This document shows positions 23,006 to 24,231 of a DNA stretch of 24,231 bases, piece by piece (position 1 is the stretch's first letter; every line of letters begins with the position of its first letter). Under the pieces are notes generated by a model. The model made no database searches and had not been told where the DNA came from. It was given only the letters and a program-made list of their open reading frames with translations. The translations under genes were made by a program, and so were the position numbers. Origin of the DNA: a virus (lineage: Duplodnaviria; Heunggongvirae; Uroviricota; Caudoviricetes); the IMG/VR virus record IMGVR_UViG_2690315980_000001; one strand, 5' to 3'.

Positions 23006-23581
23006 ATGTCCAAATTTACTTATGTAACATCATGTGTTGGGGCTGATGGTGACGACATCAATGAAATGAAGGATGCCCCACTTTCAATTGAAATTGATAA
23101 ATCCGATTTCTTCAAAACTATTGGCTCAGGTATAAAAGACCAAATCGTTGATATATTTGAATTGAATAACATTCAAGAATTTATAGATGACTGGTACACC
23201 AGTTCCTACACTTCTTGTTATCAAGGAATTCCTTGCTTATTCGTACAGCATAGCGGTATTGAACATGTTTTCGTTGACTCCAATCGAGTTCGAGAACTTA
23301 GACACGGTGAAGAGATTGAAGAGCGCCGTGATGCAATTTCAGATATAGAGGACTTGTTAGATGAGTATCAACCTTGGCAGGATGCACAAGGAAAAGCCGA
23401 ATGGTTTAAAGCTCTCTCAAGCTTTGTAAAAGAGAATAAGGCTCAATTCGATGCGCACAACATCTTGCTCAGTTCCATTTACACCAGCGGATACCCATAC
23501 AGTGAAGTTATAGCTGAAATCGATAAAAAACTACTTATAGAACCCAGATCCAAGGAAAGAGTGTCTGGACTTAATCTTTAA
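23006..23581 (+). CDS. Hypothetical acidic protein
   Basis: 191-aa ORF; AAGGT SD; followed by a terminator. Confidence 0.75.
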   Translation: MSKFTYVTSCVGADGDDINEMKDAPLSIEIDKSDFFKTIGSGIKDQIVDIFELNNIQEFIDDWYTSSYTSCYQGIPCLFVQHSGIEHVFVDSNRVRELRHGEEIEERRDAISDIEDLLDEYQPWQDAQGKAEWFKALSSFVKENKAQFDAHNILLSSIYTSGYPYSEVIAEIDKKLLIEPRSKERVSGLNL

Positions 23582-23582
23582 T

Positions 23583-23607
23583 AAAAAAGCCCATCATGAT
23601 GGGCTTT
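23583..23607. terminator. Bidirectional intrinsic terminator
   Basis: AAAGCCCATCATGATGGGCTTT palindrome with flanking A and T tracts. Confidence 0.75.
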
Positions 23608-23611
23608 ATTC

Positions 23612-24139
23612 TTATGATGGACATAAGGTTTGTTCTCTTCTTAAAATTTTCTTCTGTTCTAGATCTGTCCTTGCATCTTTAATTAAAGACGAATCGACAT
23701 CCCAATCGAATACTCGCAATACTATAGCTTCCTTACACATGTATTCCCACGCTGGAGCCTCTGAAGCTTCACCAGACCAGTACTTCAGTGCTGCTTCCTT
23801 AACAACATCACTTTCAACACAGAAGCCTGAATCCATTAACTCAGTCACCTTTGTGCTCCAATACATATCGTGTTTCGTAACATCTCCTTTCGGCACGACC
23901 AAAAAAGTGTATTCCTCACCGCCACCTGCGTATTCAAGATCTTCAAGCTCTTTCACTAAAAACACACTATCTTTATGTGCAGTGAACTTTTTAGGTCTAT
24001 GGTATTCCAACCCCCTATAAAACCCAGCAGCGCCCCACTTTCCTTCATAATCTACACAATTTCTTAGTTTTGTGCCTGGTGGAAGGTAATCATCTGAACC
24101 ATGATAAAATATTTTAGACATATAAATTAATACGAACAT
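23612..24139 (-). CDS. Candidate ADP-ribosyltransferase-fold protein (Arr-like motifs)
   Basis: FYHGS..LPPG..L near the N-terminus, SVFL, YTFLVVPKG; resembles the Arr FYHGT..L..G..L / YIYIVEP.G pattern. Confidence 0.45.
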   Translation of the reverse strand: MFVLIYMSKIFYHGSDDYLPPGTKLRNCVDYEGKWGAAGFYRGLEYHRPKKFTAHKDSVFLVKELEDLEYAGGGEEYTFLVVPKGDVTKHDMYWSTKVTELMDSGFCVESDVVKEAALKYWSGEASEAPAWEYMCKEAIVLRVFDWDVDSSLIKDARTDLEQKKILRREQTLCPS

Positions 24140-24231
24140 AAGGTTTGTTATTTATTAAATAATATCACCATTAAGAATAGATATCTTTCCAAAAGTGAAA
24201 AAGAAGATCTTTTTGATCAAAATTCACATTG

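Noticed and set aside
14678-24020. Short nested or antisense ORFs (14678, 15046, 17937, 18183, 18959, 19332, 20122, 20865, 22141, 22713, 22790, 23739)
   Set aside because: They overlap better-supported genes and have no independent evidence.

Overview
AT-rich accessory DNA with sigma70-type promoters, probably from a gammaproteobacterial megaplasmid, phage-plasmid or large phage (inference). It carries two tRNA operons. The first is a minus-strand array at 1-966 (Asn, Lys, Glu, Lys, Phe, Ala, Val, Cys, Asp, Ile, Asn, Lys, running off the left edge). The second is a plus-strand array at 12170-12591 (Pro, Gln, Trp, Pro, Gln). The protein genes include ssb, DHFR, xseA/xseB, a vWA/TerF-like protein, an L,D-transpeptidase, a HAD hydrolase, ung, ihfA, nrdG, a Sir2 deacylase, a GNAT, a tandem-HTH regulator, a candidate ADP-ribosyltransferase and many hypotheticals. 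The main finding is that each tRNA operon is preceded by short leader ORFs missing from the ORF track, followed by mutually exclusive hairpins and an intrinsic terminator, and the leader codons match the downstream tRNAs. A QQPWQQ leader precedes Pro/Gln/Trp. Two tandem leaders (34 and 41 aa) precede the large array and use only N, K, E, F, A, V, C, D, I plus T and M. All three show the same A:B / B:C / C:D / D:E pairing alternation, which predicts read-through when the ribosome stalls before the stop codon. This looks like a ribosome-mediated attenuation system that turns on spare tRNA genes when the cognate tRNAs run short. Sequences and pairings were read by eye, and the function is inference.
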